Positions 22,034 to 35,399 of a stretch of DNA of 64,000 nt are shown here, piece by piece. This stretch comes from Bispira polyomma (Eukaryota). Location of the stretch: NCBI GenBank assembly GCA_965649765.1, contig OZ287752.1:54498001-54562000 (forward strand), in the 5' to 3' direction. The translations under genes and the position numbers were made by a program. Within the stretch, counting starts at the first letter, position 1. Each line of letters begins with the position of its first letter. A model generated the notes under the pieces. That model ran no database searches, was not told the DNA's origin, and saw nothing but the letters and a program-made list of their open reading frames with translations.

Positions 22034-25000
22034 TTCTTTGTCAAATGTAATAGGTACACTATTGTACATGGAAAATAACCATTCTGTCACATACTTATTA
22101 TTAAAAAATTGCATTTTGTATGTGTAAAACAACAGCTTAAATCTATATAGTTTGGTGTTTTCTTTTCTGAAAATGGAAGAAACAATTGTGTTTTATCTCC
22201 AAATATCACAAACCTCCTTTCTCCTATCAGACTATTCTTTTGCTCATTGTTTGGAATATGCGCCACAGAGGATGCCTGGTCATCAATTGTGGAACTATAG
22301 AAGTCAAAACATTAACATTAAAACATATCTTTCTTTTTGATATTTTGTCCTCAGTTTTTGCCCTTAACTATATGTGTACTCTGATAATCCCATGAGTGTA
22401 AAAAAGGCTAATATTGGTACATTGTTTTGTTTTACAATTTTAAGCTCCATTGTCAGGCTATCATATTATATAAGTACATTTGTAATACCTACTCATAATT
22501 CCTGTCAGAAGGAATCTAGGCCATGCATTCATTGGGGATTACCCCACTATCTAACTATATGCATTACATATCATTGACGCCCCAAAAAGGCATCAATTGC
22601 CTGAACAATTTTCTTTAAGTGAGTGTAATAGGATTACCTTACTTTTACACTTGTATGTATTTATGCGGTGGTGCTTTCTAGCTTGTATTATAACAATATG
22701 TCCGATAATGCCATGTACAAAAATAAAATTCTCTTTTTTTACATTGACCGTATACCAACTTTCAAAATTTCACTATAATTTTTCCCTCATTCTATGATGC
22801 ATTTTTTCCAGTTTATCCATTCAATATGGCTGTTACAATTGTTACTTTCAGAGTTTGGTGTTAAATCCTGGGAGGGATTTGTACATATAGCAAAATTATT
22901 TTCATTTCTTTTTTTATTAAAACAAAAATCATCTCTTTCTACACGATTTGATATGTTAAGATATTAATGTAATCTTTTAATGCAATACAGGTTATATGGC
23001 TTATTTAACGATAACAGAACATCCATGACGAGGTGACCAAACATGGTTAAATAACAGAAGTCTGCTGGTGTATCCTACAAATATGAAACATTACTTGGCT
23101 ATTCCTGATCTCACGAGAGGTCATTTCTGGGGAGGGGGGGGGGACAATTTCGAAGTTAATTAATTTATTTTAAATAATGCTTTTATATATTACTGTTCAA
23201 ACATATTTAACTTAAAAAATAAGTCTGATATGGGAAGAATTTTAAGCAGTACATGTGAGTTTATTTTTGCCTGCAAAATGAGACATTTGTGAGGTGGGTC
23301 AATTAACTTCAGATCACCTGCCCTATCTTTAAAGCCGCCATGCATATGTAGTAATGAAAAAGGTGCTTTCTGTTCATTCTGTTTTTTTAAATAAATGCAC
23401 ATGTAAAAATGAATCACACAATAAATTGAAATTGCAAGGCACAGCAATCAACAACAAAAAGTAAATATTAAGTCAACCACAGACATAGGAAGTTTATTTG
23501 GCACCTGCTAGTCTCTGATTTGCTTTTTATTTCTGGTTACCAGTCACGTGATTAGTAAATAGAATAGTATTTGTGAAGGTCAAACATACGAAGAAAAAAA
23601 AGGTCTAGCAGAAATGAAAGAGAAAAGTATCTATTTAACCCAAATATTGATAATATTTATTTGTGCTTAAGAACATATTTATTTTCTGAATTTCTCTCCC
23701 AGGTCACCATTCATATTTCTCTTTCTATAAAACGTAAACCTGAGTAGACTTTGATTTATTTGTCCTACAAAGTTCTGTATACAAGTCCAGATTACTCCAT
23801 CAAGTGTTTGACAACCACATACACACAACCACTGTAGGTCCCTAGCACTTCCTTGCACTCATTTGTCTTCACAAACTGGTGAGATCTGACCATGGACAAC
23901 ATTCCTCAGTCGTCGAGTGGATTATTTACGCAACTTTTATCTGAGCTCTCTAACTTCTGAGCACTTTACCAGTTACTAGCTACTAAAAAACTACTATATA
24001 TCGAATCTACAGTTTTATTTTATATCAATCAATCTCTTTCTGGTACAATTCTGTAACAGAGTAGTATGCAAAAACAGCTTTACAATTTCTATATTTCTAT
24101 CTTAACATCACACATTTGGTAATATTAGTTTTCAATTTTTATAAACACGTATTTCATGTTGTACATTTATGAGCATTTGACGATAATGATATTTTAGAAC
24201 ATACATTCAAAAGGTAAAAGTGTATTTTACATGCACAAGCAAAATTCAAACAAAAATATAATATTTAATGGCCAAAAATGTTGATCAAAAGTGTTTTCGT
24301 GGTACTATTAAGTTCTAAATCTATTTTAAACATCACTAATATTTGCCACAAAAAAACATAGATTTGAAAGAACACTGAAGATAAACATGTACTTTAACAA
24401 ACATAAATATTTCATGTGTATTAATTAAATATTAGTCAAATATATATATTTTTTAAAATTTTGAAGCTAAGTAAAGGAAAAGAGAGTCCAGATTTGATAA
24501 AATTGCCCTACTTTTTGACTGATGAACTTGCTTATCAGTTATTACTCATTCAATATCACCTAACATTTCACAACACACACAAGACCCCCCTTTCAGTACA
24601 CAACCGTGAGAGCCACTTAGTAATTCCACCCACCAAGTGAACTGACATTTAATTACCATATAACTTCATAATATTTGGTAGAGAAGCTGAGGTTTTGAAT
24701 GACAGCTGTAATGAAAGCATTGAGCTAGGCTTTCACCATTATACAAAAGCTTGAGAAACCTATTTGTCCCAGGTTTATATAGGTTTACAACAACATCATG
24801 CTTCTTGTTCATCAACTTTCAGCAAAATATGCAATCTTTTGGCATTTCCTGTTACATTGCCAAAAAACACCTTCTCTTTCAAAAATATGGAAGTTACAAA
24901 GTCAAAATACAAACATACGCAAAGCTTTACCCAAACATACATTGCTGCATATCAAACGTATAGTGGTTTTTAGCAAATGATGAATGATTAAATTTTGCAC

Positions 25001-26897
25001 AAAATGTGTATGACCAAAGCTTCCGATATTTGTTAGGGTGTTCTCTACTTGAAAATAGAGTGGCGTTATCCGGTTCCCAAACCTCACCTACTTAGATTAC
25101 ATCCTTATTGTACAGTTATACTTATACATATATAGTTGTGTCTAAAATGCCATTAATTCTAAGATCCTTTTTAAGATTATTGGAAAATAGTAGACACATA
25201 TTTCAATCGGAAAGTGCCAGGTTTAATTTAATTATTGTAAGACTACTTGGGGTTTATACAAATTCATTACGGAACATAACACCATAGCAATATTTTATAT
25301 GTTTACATATATCATAGACATACGCACAAATATACCATATAATATAGACAATGTGTCGAAAAACATGGATGGTTACTACTGATTGTTCAACATGTTTGGT
25401 GCTTTTAAAAAAAACTATGTTTTAAAACGTTATCACCATGTGAGTCATAAATCTTAAATATAACCTTACTATTAGTCTTGCTGAACAACAAAAGATTGTT
25501 TCAAACATTATAGCTTTGTTTTACTATATTTCAAACCACAAGAGTTATAATTCATACCACAAGACTCAGTTACTGCTATGGTAGTCATGATGATAATACT
25601 GACATACAAGTTAAGAGAAGTAAGTCAACTATAACACCTTAGGTAAATGTAAACTATATCTACTAAAACACTTGTCGTCCAGCACAGAATGAATGACAAC
25701 AATAACTATTTATAATATGTCTGTGAAGTTCACTGGTATCTGTACATTATCTGAGATCTTGACATATAAAAACCATTCTTATTTCTGTAGACAAGTTTCA
25801 TTTTTCACATTAGACCAAATGTGCCGCTACATGTATTATTTACAATTATGCTTGTTGCCTACTTCTAGTTAAATCTGTATAGAATCATTGCAGTCCACGT
25901 GCACCGCCCTCCAAAATGGACGCTATTCGCCCCCCCTCCCCCCAAATGACCTACTTATAAAACAGCCCATTGGTTGAAAATATCCCCTGCCTCCCGTTCT
26001 CTTAGATGAATGATTTCATAGTCCTGTCCCTCCAGCATGGCCGCCATTTGTTTATTTCCCCTACTTATATAACAGCCCATAGGTTGAAAATATCGTCTGC
26101 CTCCTTTTTTCCAGGCCGGCAGCTTTCTCAGTCTCTTCCTGTTCCCTATGGACCACTATCTCCACACTTTCTCTGGGTGACAGGTACCTGAGATTGACCA
26201 CATCTACTGGACAGTTCAGACTGTCTAGCCTGGCATGTAAACTAGCCTTTCTGGTCTCGGGATTGGGTTGTTTCAAATCCATTCTGCACTTTTTGTTGTA
26301 CATATTACTATCACCTTTAAGAAGAGATAAAACAGCTTTTTCTGTTAACAATATTGTTATAAATTCACAACCACACTGAACAAATATTTTTATACTATAC
26401 ACTTGCAACAGTATTTTGCACAAGTTAAATTTTCTTGTAGTTTAATTATATTTTTACGAACAATCCCTGAAACGTTTGTTCTCTAGCATTAAACAAATGT
26501 TGTTTTTTTTTATCACAATTGTTTGTTTAAATAGCTATCTATCTAACTTCTATTTAGTTTATTCTTAAATAAGCTACCAACACCACACGATGTTCGAACA
26601 TAGACACTCTGATTTACTCAGAGCATTGTGCATTGATGGAGCATAATATATATGAAACTGATGGCATTGATGGACACAAGAGTAAGTAATGAGAGTTGAG
26701 TAAGACATTCAGCCTTCTTCACAAAACAAAAGCATGACTGGATGTGTTCATCAAATTACTGATTTATCTGGACCACATTTCTGCTTCCTTTCAAAGACCT
26801 CTGGGTGTAAATTGACCTTAGCATAATTTTTACTTTTCCTGGTTGAGCATTGCAAACTTGGACAGATTCCCTATAGTGAATATGGGAGTACTATTTA

Positions 26898-26901
<4 letters not shown>

Positions 26902-26937
<36 letters not shown>
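26902..26937. repeat. (AT)18 microsatellite
   Basis: Directly visible; same locus in unit 2. Confidence 0.98.
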
Positions 26938-26939
<2 letters not shown>

Positions 26940-27306
26940 GGTATTCTTCTCGCTGGGGTCATCCGGGTGGTTAGATAGGCTAGGCTAATATTCTCAAAAA
27001 AAATTGTGAGGCAGAGGAAATTCACATTCGATACAAAAGCCAAGGTGACACTTACGTCTAGCAATAAGTAATTCAGTAAAGTGGTATGTTCGCTTAACCA
27101 TGATCAACATTACAACCTTACTGAAAAATAATGGGCGTTATAATCCTCTTGGTGAGCATTCTGAATATCTATTTTTTTTTTTCAAAATGACTGTCAAGTT
27201 GTAGAAATTGGTTTAGTGTTGGTATTAATAGAAACATCATTTCATTAAAAAAAGGGATTATAATTCACACAAATTAAGGCAATTTTTGATACTAAATAAA
27301 TAATAA

Positions 27307-27617
27307 TTGTAATGATAGTTGTCACCTGATATAGTTATGAACAACACTGTTATTTAATGTGCTATGACATTATTACCCCACCCTGGGTTCTTCTACTTGT
27401 CAAATAATAGTTCACTCTCAGCTCCCTTAGGGAGAATACTGGCCATGCCGCCACACATACAGAGCACAAACACCACTTTAGTGGCCAGGTACCCATTTAT
27501 ACACGTGGGTAGAGAGGGACAACTTCGTGCATATTCCAAGGATAACCAGGCCAGCAGCGAGCATCGAATCTCGACCTTCACATCCAAAGTACACTCTAAC
27601 CAATAGGCCACAGAGTG
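27307..27617 (-). mobile_element. CORE-like SINE (unit 2 copy)
   Basis: Copy of 4485-4795. Confidence 0.75.
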
Positions 27618-27621
27618 GTTA

Positions 27622-28182
27622 TAATAATAATAACAATAAATATATTATATAGGGTTCAACTGGTACATAAGAAAAATAAATAAAAAAATTCTGTGTTCTC
27701 TGGCGCTTGTCTTCTGAAATAAATGAGCTTTTAGCTGTTTGCTGAATAGGTTGTGGCTGTCTGTTTTTCTGAGGTAGTCTGGATGAGAGTTCTGTGAGTT
27801 TGACCCAAATACAGTAAAACTACAGTCAGCAAGTGTCGGAACATCCAATAGATAGTAGTGTTTTTTTTCATCTAACAGGATAGTCGCAGTTTTTTTTTAT
27901 TGAATTCGATTCTGTTAATATCTCGGTGCTTTCTGGTGAATACATTTATGGACTGTTGTCAAAATTGAAACAAAATTCTGTAGCGAATTGGAAGCTAGTG
28001 GAGTGTCTTTAGTGCTCTTGAACTACTAGTGTTATTTGTCTTATTTTAGCACATGCTTTGCTGCTGCATTTGGCAATTTTTGCATCATTTTAGTCTATTT
28101 CTCAGGCAAGGCCATAAAGATATCATTGCAGTAGTCCAGATGGAATAGAACAAGGCCATACACTACTTGTTTGCATTCTTTT
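27622..28182 (-). mobile_element. L2/CR1 LINE remnant (unit 2 copy)
   Basis: Copy of 4800-5360. Confidence 0.9.
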
Positions 28183-31100
28183 GCATTTGCATTTAAACAA
28201 TTTAAGTTGTTAATACAAAAAAATGTGTCAGAGGCACTAACAGTGGCATACTTACAATATAAACTATTTTGTGAATATCAATTAATGCTGCACACACTAA
28301 TAGTGATATTCCATTAATTCCCATTGAACGAAAATATCCGGCAAAACATCACCCCCATCTTGTATATAAGGATTATCAATTGGGCCAAGAAGAACCATCC
28401 ATCATTAGATTAGAGTCTTTATCAACGAAAAGCAGGATTTTTTGTCTCCTTTTTTGTTTTGTTTTATTACACCCCACAGCAGCTGCAAAACGTTATACAC
28501 CCCACGATGACTCTCTGAAGAGACAAGGAGAATCAACAAAAAAATGATTTTATTGTTTCTAAGCAGCATTGAACCCTACCAATACACACAGGTGTTTCCC
28601 TTCCACCAATTTATCACACTTCCCCATAGACATCTAGCCTTCACTAAGGCTCAGAATGTGCCAGAAGGCCACATATAGAGATAGCTATTTTGTATAAGAG
28701 ACCTAATGGCTTTAACATTCGCTTATGGGTGGTCTCCTATGGTCTACTGGTTAGGAATTTGGTCTGATGAGCAAAAGGTCCCCAGTTTGACACCTAGTTG
28801 GCGGAGTTGGTCTGTTGAACAGGATATACTGCCAAAGTTGCAATGTCCATTTGGGATAACATTCGCTTGCAAGATATGAACACGTCATTGTTTACTGATG
28901 ATGTTGACCAAGGCTATGCTGTAGGATTATCCATTCTGTAGAATCAGCATCATAGAGGGTGATATCTCAATAGGATGTGATATAAATGTTCAATAATACT
29001 AAACTAAACATGAACCCAGGGAACCATTTAAAATGATGATCCTCTGTCACTTGGGTCTCATTCCCAGTGGCAGGCTTATAAGGACCTTGTGGACATTGAT
29101 TAATGGTGTCATCTTCAAGTTGCAGTCTTCAGGTAGGTTCACAACTTTGCAAGAACTAGAATTTAAACGCATCAATTGCAACATTAATTGGCAAAACTCT
29201 TTAATTTTGCCAGATATATTACTTTGGGGGTAAATAGACTTTGACTGAATGGCATTTGAAATAGGTCGTTCTAGTTTGTAAATACAACACACTGTGTATA
29301 TGTAATTCTGCAGTACAGTCACAGCCAACAACCAAAAGATGAGGCCATTGCATTATTAGAATAGGGAGCATGGTTGTGACCAAATGAAGATAATGGAACA
29401 GTCTGTCTCCCAGTACATAAATACACCTAAACCAATTAATAATTTAAATTGACCTACCCACTAAAAATGATGGTACAATAATAGCATACATTGTGTACAG
29501 CATTATGGAGTGGATGGCATTTTGGGTTTTCAACATCTTAAATGAATGCCAAGCAGCTTCATTGTAATGATGTTAATGGTTCTTGGGGCGCTGCTGACAA
29601 CCTGTGATGCCTGATAAAAATTATTGGTATTTGTATTTACAGTTACAGTCCGTGCAGTATCGGTCATTATCTGCCAACCTGACGATTTAGATGAGGTAAT
29701 AAAAATTTGGCCCAAAGGTCAAACAGGTTTTTTGGTGTAGAAGCAGTTTTGACCTGTCTGTTATTAATGTTTTAATTCTGTTTGGTTTAGTACTAACATA
29801 GATTGATGTATATTCTTTTTCTTACTGTCATTAAATTGGTACGCTTGGGTGTACTGGCATTACTGCTTGCTACACCCCTGTAATAAAAGAGATCTCAGTT
29901 TTATCAGCCGAACAATATCGATTTTAAGAGCTGATAATGTCATTATCAGCTGTGAATGATAAATATGCACAACTAAGGAGCCTGTATTGACATGATAATC
30001 TGTTAGTAGCGCCCTGCTTACTGGTATCATAGTATTTATTATACACCTACTAATATTGTATATACCATAATGAGTGATAATATTGAAAACCTCAATTTAT
30101 ATATATTAACACAAAATTGTCAAAAATACATTGTCAAAGTATCTTGTACAAGTGTGGGAAAAGCGTAAGGAAATTTGATCTAAACAGTTGTTTCAAGGTT
30201 GATTTAGAATTGGTTACATACATGTATAACAAAGGATTTATGAGTATATAATATGACCAGTAAAAAATGTATATGTGTTTAAAGTGACATATAAGCCCAA
30301 AAATTGTATTTTTTTTTAATTACATGTCACTATAATAAAAAATATATATCTATCTGCATCACTTAACGCCCCAAACAAGGCTAACAGATAGGGTGGCATT
30401 GATCACACTCTTAAAAAGGACGTTTTTAAGTTCCAAAGTCCTGGGCTCCTATTTATCAAAGACTTCAGGTCTAATCATTCTACTTTATTTTTACTGTAGT
30501 TATTTATTGTTGTTGAAAGGAATCGTATTTTAAGCAGTTAAATGATACTAAAGAGCTCAAAACAAGAATTTACTATTAGTATCACTCACCTAGAGAATAA
30601 AGCTTGGCAATACTTGAAACTGTGTTTGTTCTGGAGTGACAAAAAAAAAAAATAAATGTAATTAATTTATTTGTGAATTTTGTTTTGCCAAAATTCCAAT
30701 AAAAGAACAACTATACCAAGCAAATGCCAACAAATCTTAAACCTAGTATGTTTAAACACCTACATTTATATGGAACAGTACATTTTGTACCAAAATAAAT
30801 ATGTGACAGTTTTTATTTCTGAAGTTTCCAGATGACAGCTCTCCAATGTGCAAATCTAATGCACCTACCAATGCCCTAAGGCCCCAAAAAAATGAAAATA
30901 AAATTCTTGGATCTGCCTGGATCACCCAACGAAGTGTCATGTTTGCTGTAAACAAACGGTGAAAACAAATCCTTATTGGCTGATGTACTAAAGATATAAC
31001 ACATTCTGTCACCTGGCTTTTAAAAACAACTTAAAATGACCGACTACACGACACAACAAATATGTATATATAGCCTGCTCCCGACACGACATTACACAGC

Positions 31101-32045
31101 AATTAAACTTGGAGAAATCTCTTCAAAACTGCTGTGTTGTTGTTTATATCGTACAGTATCCATATGATGTTTATATATACAGCTGTTGTTAATATGTATT
31201 TTATATGGATTATGTAGTGGTGTTTCATGTAAACAGTACTGTTGTGCCTTGACGTGTCGTCCCCTGTAGTGTAGTACAGTGCCTTGGTTTCTAAACCCCT
31301 GTTTCTGCATAGTTGAAAGCGATGTAAAAAACCAAAATTCTGACTGAGATCTTTTGCTTATCCCTGTGTTTTAGCCCAATGATAGTTCCCATAAGCAATA
31401 TATTGCGCATACAAATACTGTTCTTGAAAATTCAATAATCAAATACAGCAGATCTAAAGGCTCATAACTCAGTCAAGGCACCAATGGGACAAGAACATTT
31501 GTTGTTTTATGTAATCCTAAGGTAAAGATCGAAAGAACAGAGACAAAACATCACCTCTTTGTCAGTTTAATATCCAATGTTTTTTAGTCTCTAACAGACT
31601 CTAAGAACTGGTATAACTTATGGTTTTTATGTAACAGACAATTTCACCTTCTGAACATCAAAGTGCCCTGAGCAAAGTTGCTGTGACTAACCTATCTGTG
31701 AACATTTAAAGGAATCGTGATCAGTAGAAACAGAGAGGAAGTTCTATCATTTATTGAATTACATTAGGCTTTTTTTTTTTTTTTGGTGAATGCCAAAATT
31801 ACAAGTTGTACTGCCTAAAACGCCTTTGAATCTTTACCTTTTCATCTTTTTTGTGAGAACTGTAAATAATTAGCTTGAACAATAAACCTAAAATAATAAA
31901 GTATTAGGTAGCCTTACGTGCACTGTTTCAACAACAGCACCTCTTATATATTAACTAAGAATATGAAGACCATGAAAGAAAACATATTAGGAAATACTAA
32001 TATTTATACTAAGTTAAAAGCTACACCTATATACACACTGAACAG

Positions 32046-32319
32046 TAGGGCCACCTTTAACAATTTAAGTTCAGTCACTTAAGGTGACTTTAAATTACCT
32101 TAGGTTACTAACTTTGTGGTGACCTTAAACCGAGGTCACCTTAGCACAAGTTAAGGTTTGATTCACTTTGTGTTGAATGTATAAAAGTATGTGGTCATCT
32201 GTGGTGACCTTATACTAAATTAAAGTATTGTTAACTTACCAACTTTTTAGATAAAGTTAACTTTAAATACATGAAGTTAAGTCTAAATATAGATTTACTG
32301 CTCTATTGAGGTGGCCCTA
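32046..32319. mobile_element. MITE-like element (unit 2 copy)
   Basis: Copy of 8740-9013. Confidence 0.7.
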
Positions 32320-34129
32320 AATATATAACTTTGAGAAATTGTAAAAATATAGATATATGTAAAGAAAAGAAAGAGCCCCCTTATGACCAGATGTGTTAGC
32401 TAATGGCTAAAACTTAACTCAAACTAGCAATAATTCTTCAGTCCATGCTACAGCATCACTTAGCTCACTAGAACCTTACATGACTGCGACAGCCCGTTGT
32501 TACATCAATCATCATGGCCAAACTATATTATGCAAACATATATTTTTCTCTTGACTGGCTGTAGTAATCCATGTTTGCCTTGCGTGCTTTTGGCTGCTTT
32601 GAATATTATTGGATCACTTGTTGGAGCCAGGGTGTGTGAAACTACAAACTACCTGTGAAATATAGTTTACAATGTTTAAACAAAACGCCAAATTAGAACG
32701 CAATATGCAAAATTGTTACACTTTGATTCAAACTAAACCACTCTTTATCAAATTACACCATCCCCCAAATTGCAACCTATTGTACCAAATTACTTCATAT
32801 CCTTGTACCATATTATGACACCACTTACCAAATTAAAATACAATGTGCCAAACTAAAACACATTTAAAATTTGAACGATGATGATAGCTTATGTATCCGT
32901 TATGTAGACAGGTGCAGGTCGACACCATGGAGACGCTGGGAAGCTGACCCATGGAATGGTGGAAAAGCCTTGCTAAACAGACAGGTATTGGACTTTTGTA
33001 TGAAACAGGGCAGAGAAGCAGAGTGATTCCACACGTTAAGAAGCATCATAAGCAAAAGTATGCTTGAAATGTGTTATTTATTTATGAACTGATGGATTAA
33101 AAATTTAAAAATTGGACCTAATTTGCCTGGTATTGTGTAAACGTGTATGAGGAGAAAGGTGTGGGCCAAAAATGCTGCAGTTAGAAACTTGTAAATTAAA
33201 TGACTGTTTTAAAGATTGAACATTATCTGCCAAATTAAAACACTTGTTTACACTGGAACATGGACACACACACTGTTCTATTCTATAATTTTTTTCTGTG
33301 AAGGTCATACACCTGCCATATATTGCCTGATATTCCTGGTGCACTATCATAGTCCAGAGCCAAGGCAATATTTTAAGAAAAAATACTGTAGTACTTCAGG
33401 CAAGTATGGTTAAATAAATGTTTGGTGAAATAAAAACTTCTTTTACTTTACAAAAACGTAAGATATGTGAACTAATTTCAAGAGGAACTGAATTCCAAAG
33501 CAGCCATGTTACGTGACAAAATGAATTCCACACCTGTTCTAGTCAAACTTGGAGATATTTGACACATACTAAATGATGATACATATTAGAGTATAATGAG
33601 AGGGATATGTCATAGGTTCTTAAGAGCTCTTCATAATCAAATGTATTTGCTTTTTCCAATAATACTCCCCCCCCCCCTCCTGCATTTACTAAGGCGTCTA
33701 AGTCACTGTTTTTTCCTGAACCAAAGTGAAAGTAAATCCCAAAGACAAACAGTAAGCAAGAAAAGCAAAGAATTAGAGCGACACCAAAGAAGGCTTGTAA
33801 ACTGAAACTCTCCTCACAAAGAGAAGTTTACTGTAAGACCTTGTATTATTGTCACCCTGAGAAACTGTAACTCTGCACAGTGTAATTGTACTTCTCTTTG
33901 GGTAAATGGAAAATAATACTGTAAAATTAAAGACTGAGCATGTCTACCTTATGGTAAAGTAAAGAGTGGGCTTCCGATGATATAATAGATGATCATCGAA
34001 AGGAAAGCCATTCTTCAATTATCAATAGTGTACAGGGCCTTTATTTTTATTTTAATGATTTCTGTTTGAGCAATTTTTTCTTAAATTTCACATTCATGGG
34101 GTTCATGGTTCATGGGCTTCATGGTTCAT

Positions 34130-34334
34130 GGTGGTGGACTAGTGGTTAAATGTGTTAACTTTACAATCACTGGTCTCTCACTAAATTGGGTTCGAATCCT
34201 GCTTGTTTCTTTGGGTGGGGAAGTTTGGCAGGTACTTGCAAACAGGTCATTGCTTGCTTCAGGTACGATTTCTTCCACCATTAAATCTGGCAGTCATGAT
34301 ATAACCTAAGCGACGTAAAATCAAACTAAATTTA
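34130..34334 (+). mobile_element. Diverged SINE (unit 2 copy)
   Basis: Copy of 10823-11027. Confidence 0.75.
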
Positions 34335-34584
34335 AATACACACACTTGCCAGTAATTTAACACACTGCACACTTTCTTTTTGTAATTTTAAGGAAACACT
34401 AAACTTAATTTTACGATTACCATATATTAATAGTCTTAATGCAGGGGCATGTGTAGAAGCTTGTGTAGAAGCCAGTACGCAAAAGCATACCAATTTTATG
34501 ACAGAATGAGCCCCCCCCACCCCCACCCCACCCCCAACGAATTTATGTTAGCACAAAAAAAAACAAACATAATAGTTTGATACA

Positions 34585-34828
34585 TTAGCAAGCATTGCGC
34601 TTCACAATCACTGGTCTCTCACCTCTGGGCGACGTGAGTTCGAATCCCGTCAATACCTATGTGGGAAAGGTGGTAGTTCTTTACTGTTGGCCGCTAGTTT
34701 CAGTGCAGAACCTTGATCAACTGTATGCAGTGTTTCCTCCAGCGTTTCCAACTACCCGTCCCAATATAACCTAAACAGGTACTAGAGTGGACGTTAAATA
34801 TCCAAATTAAAAAAAAAAATAAATAAAT
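34585..34828 (+). mobile_element. 5'-truncated SINE (unit 2 copy)
   Basis: Copy of 11277-11520. Confidence 0.88.
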
Positions 34829-34947
34829 ATAGAAGTAAAACATTAACATTAAATTGGGGTATACCAAATGAAAAATCCTAACTACTCCCCTGTAATGTTA
34901 TGGAAACTTTAACATATGAATTGCAAAAAAATGGGTTTGTCCAATTT

Positions 34948-35399
34948 TTACCTAATATTAGGTCGATTAAGCACCTTTGGTTCACATTAGCGATACTCTT
35001 TCTTCAATAGATGTAAAATCATCAATTTAATTGAACTGAAACAAGCTTTACAGGAAATGTGGAAAACTTTACCCAATACTTTGGAGGCGAATGTTCAAAG
35101 CCTGCCTCGAAGGATGGCAGCTAATGTACAGACCAAGGGGACAGACCAGAGGCTTTGATAAAAAATACTGAAAAAATTAGCTTTTTTAAAAATATCATTG
35201 ATTTGGTTTGTAACTTAAATTTAACAGTTGTGAAGTTTGTTTTAAATGTAGTTTACTGTAACTGTGACAACTGTAATGCAAAGAAAACTTTTAAATGAAA
35301 ATCATACCTACATACATATATATTAACAGATAATGTCTCAAATTTATTAAAGACTTATATATATAAAATTTGTTCAAATCTAATCTACCATTTTTAGTA
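34948..35399 (+). mobile_element. Tc1 remnant (unit 2 copy, terminal 8 bp lost)
   Basis: Copy of 11640-12099 with caacgctg missing at 35397/35398. Confidence 0.78.

Larger units (their letters stand above)
1..22831. repeat. Large tandem amplicon, unit 1 (22,831 bp; phase arbitrary)
   Basis: The first bases (gttacaattgttactttcag) recur at 22832 and 46110. The ORF track repeats in the same order (e.g. 359/23190/46468). Confidence 0.99.

Noticed and set aside
1-22831. Unit as a giant autonomous element (Helitron, Maverick/Polinton, endogenous virus)
   Set aside because: No Rep/helicase, polB, integrase or capsid ORFs, no termini, very low coding density, and the unit is full of old host SINE/LINE debris.
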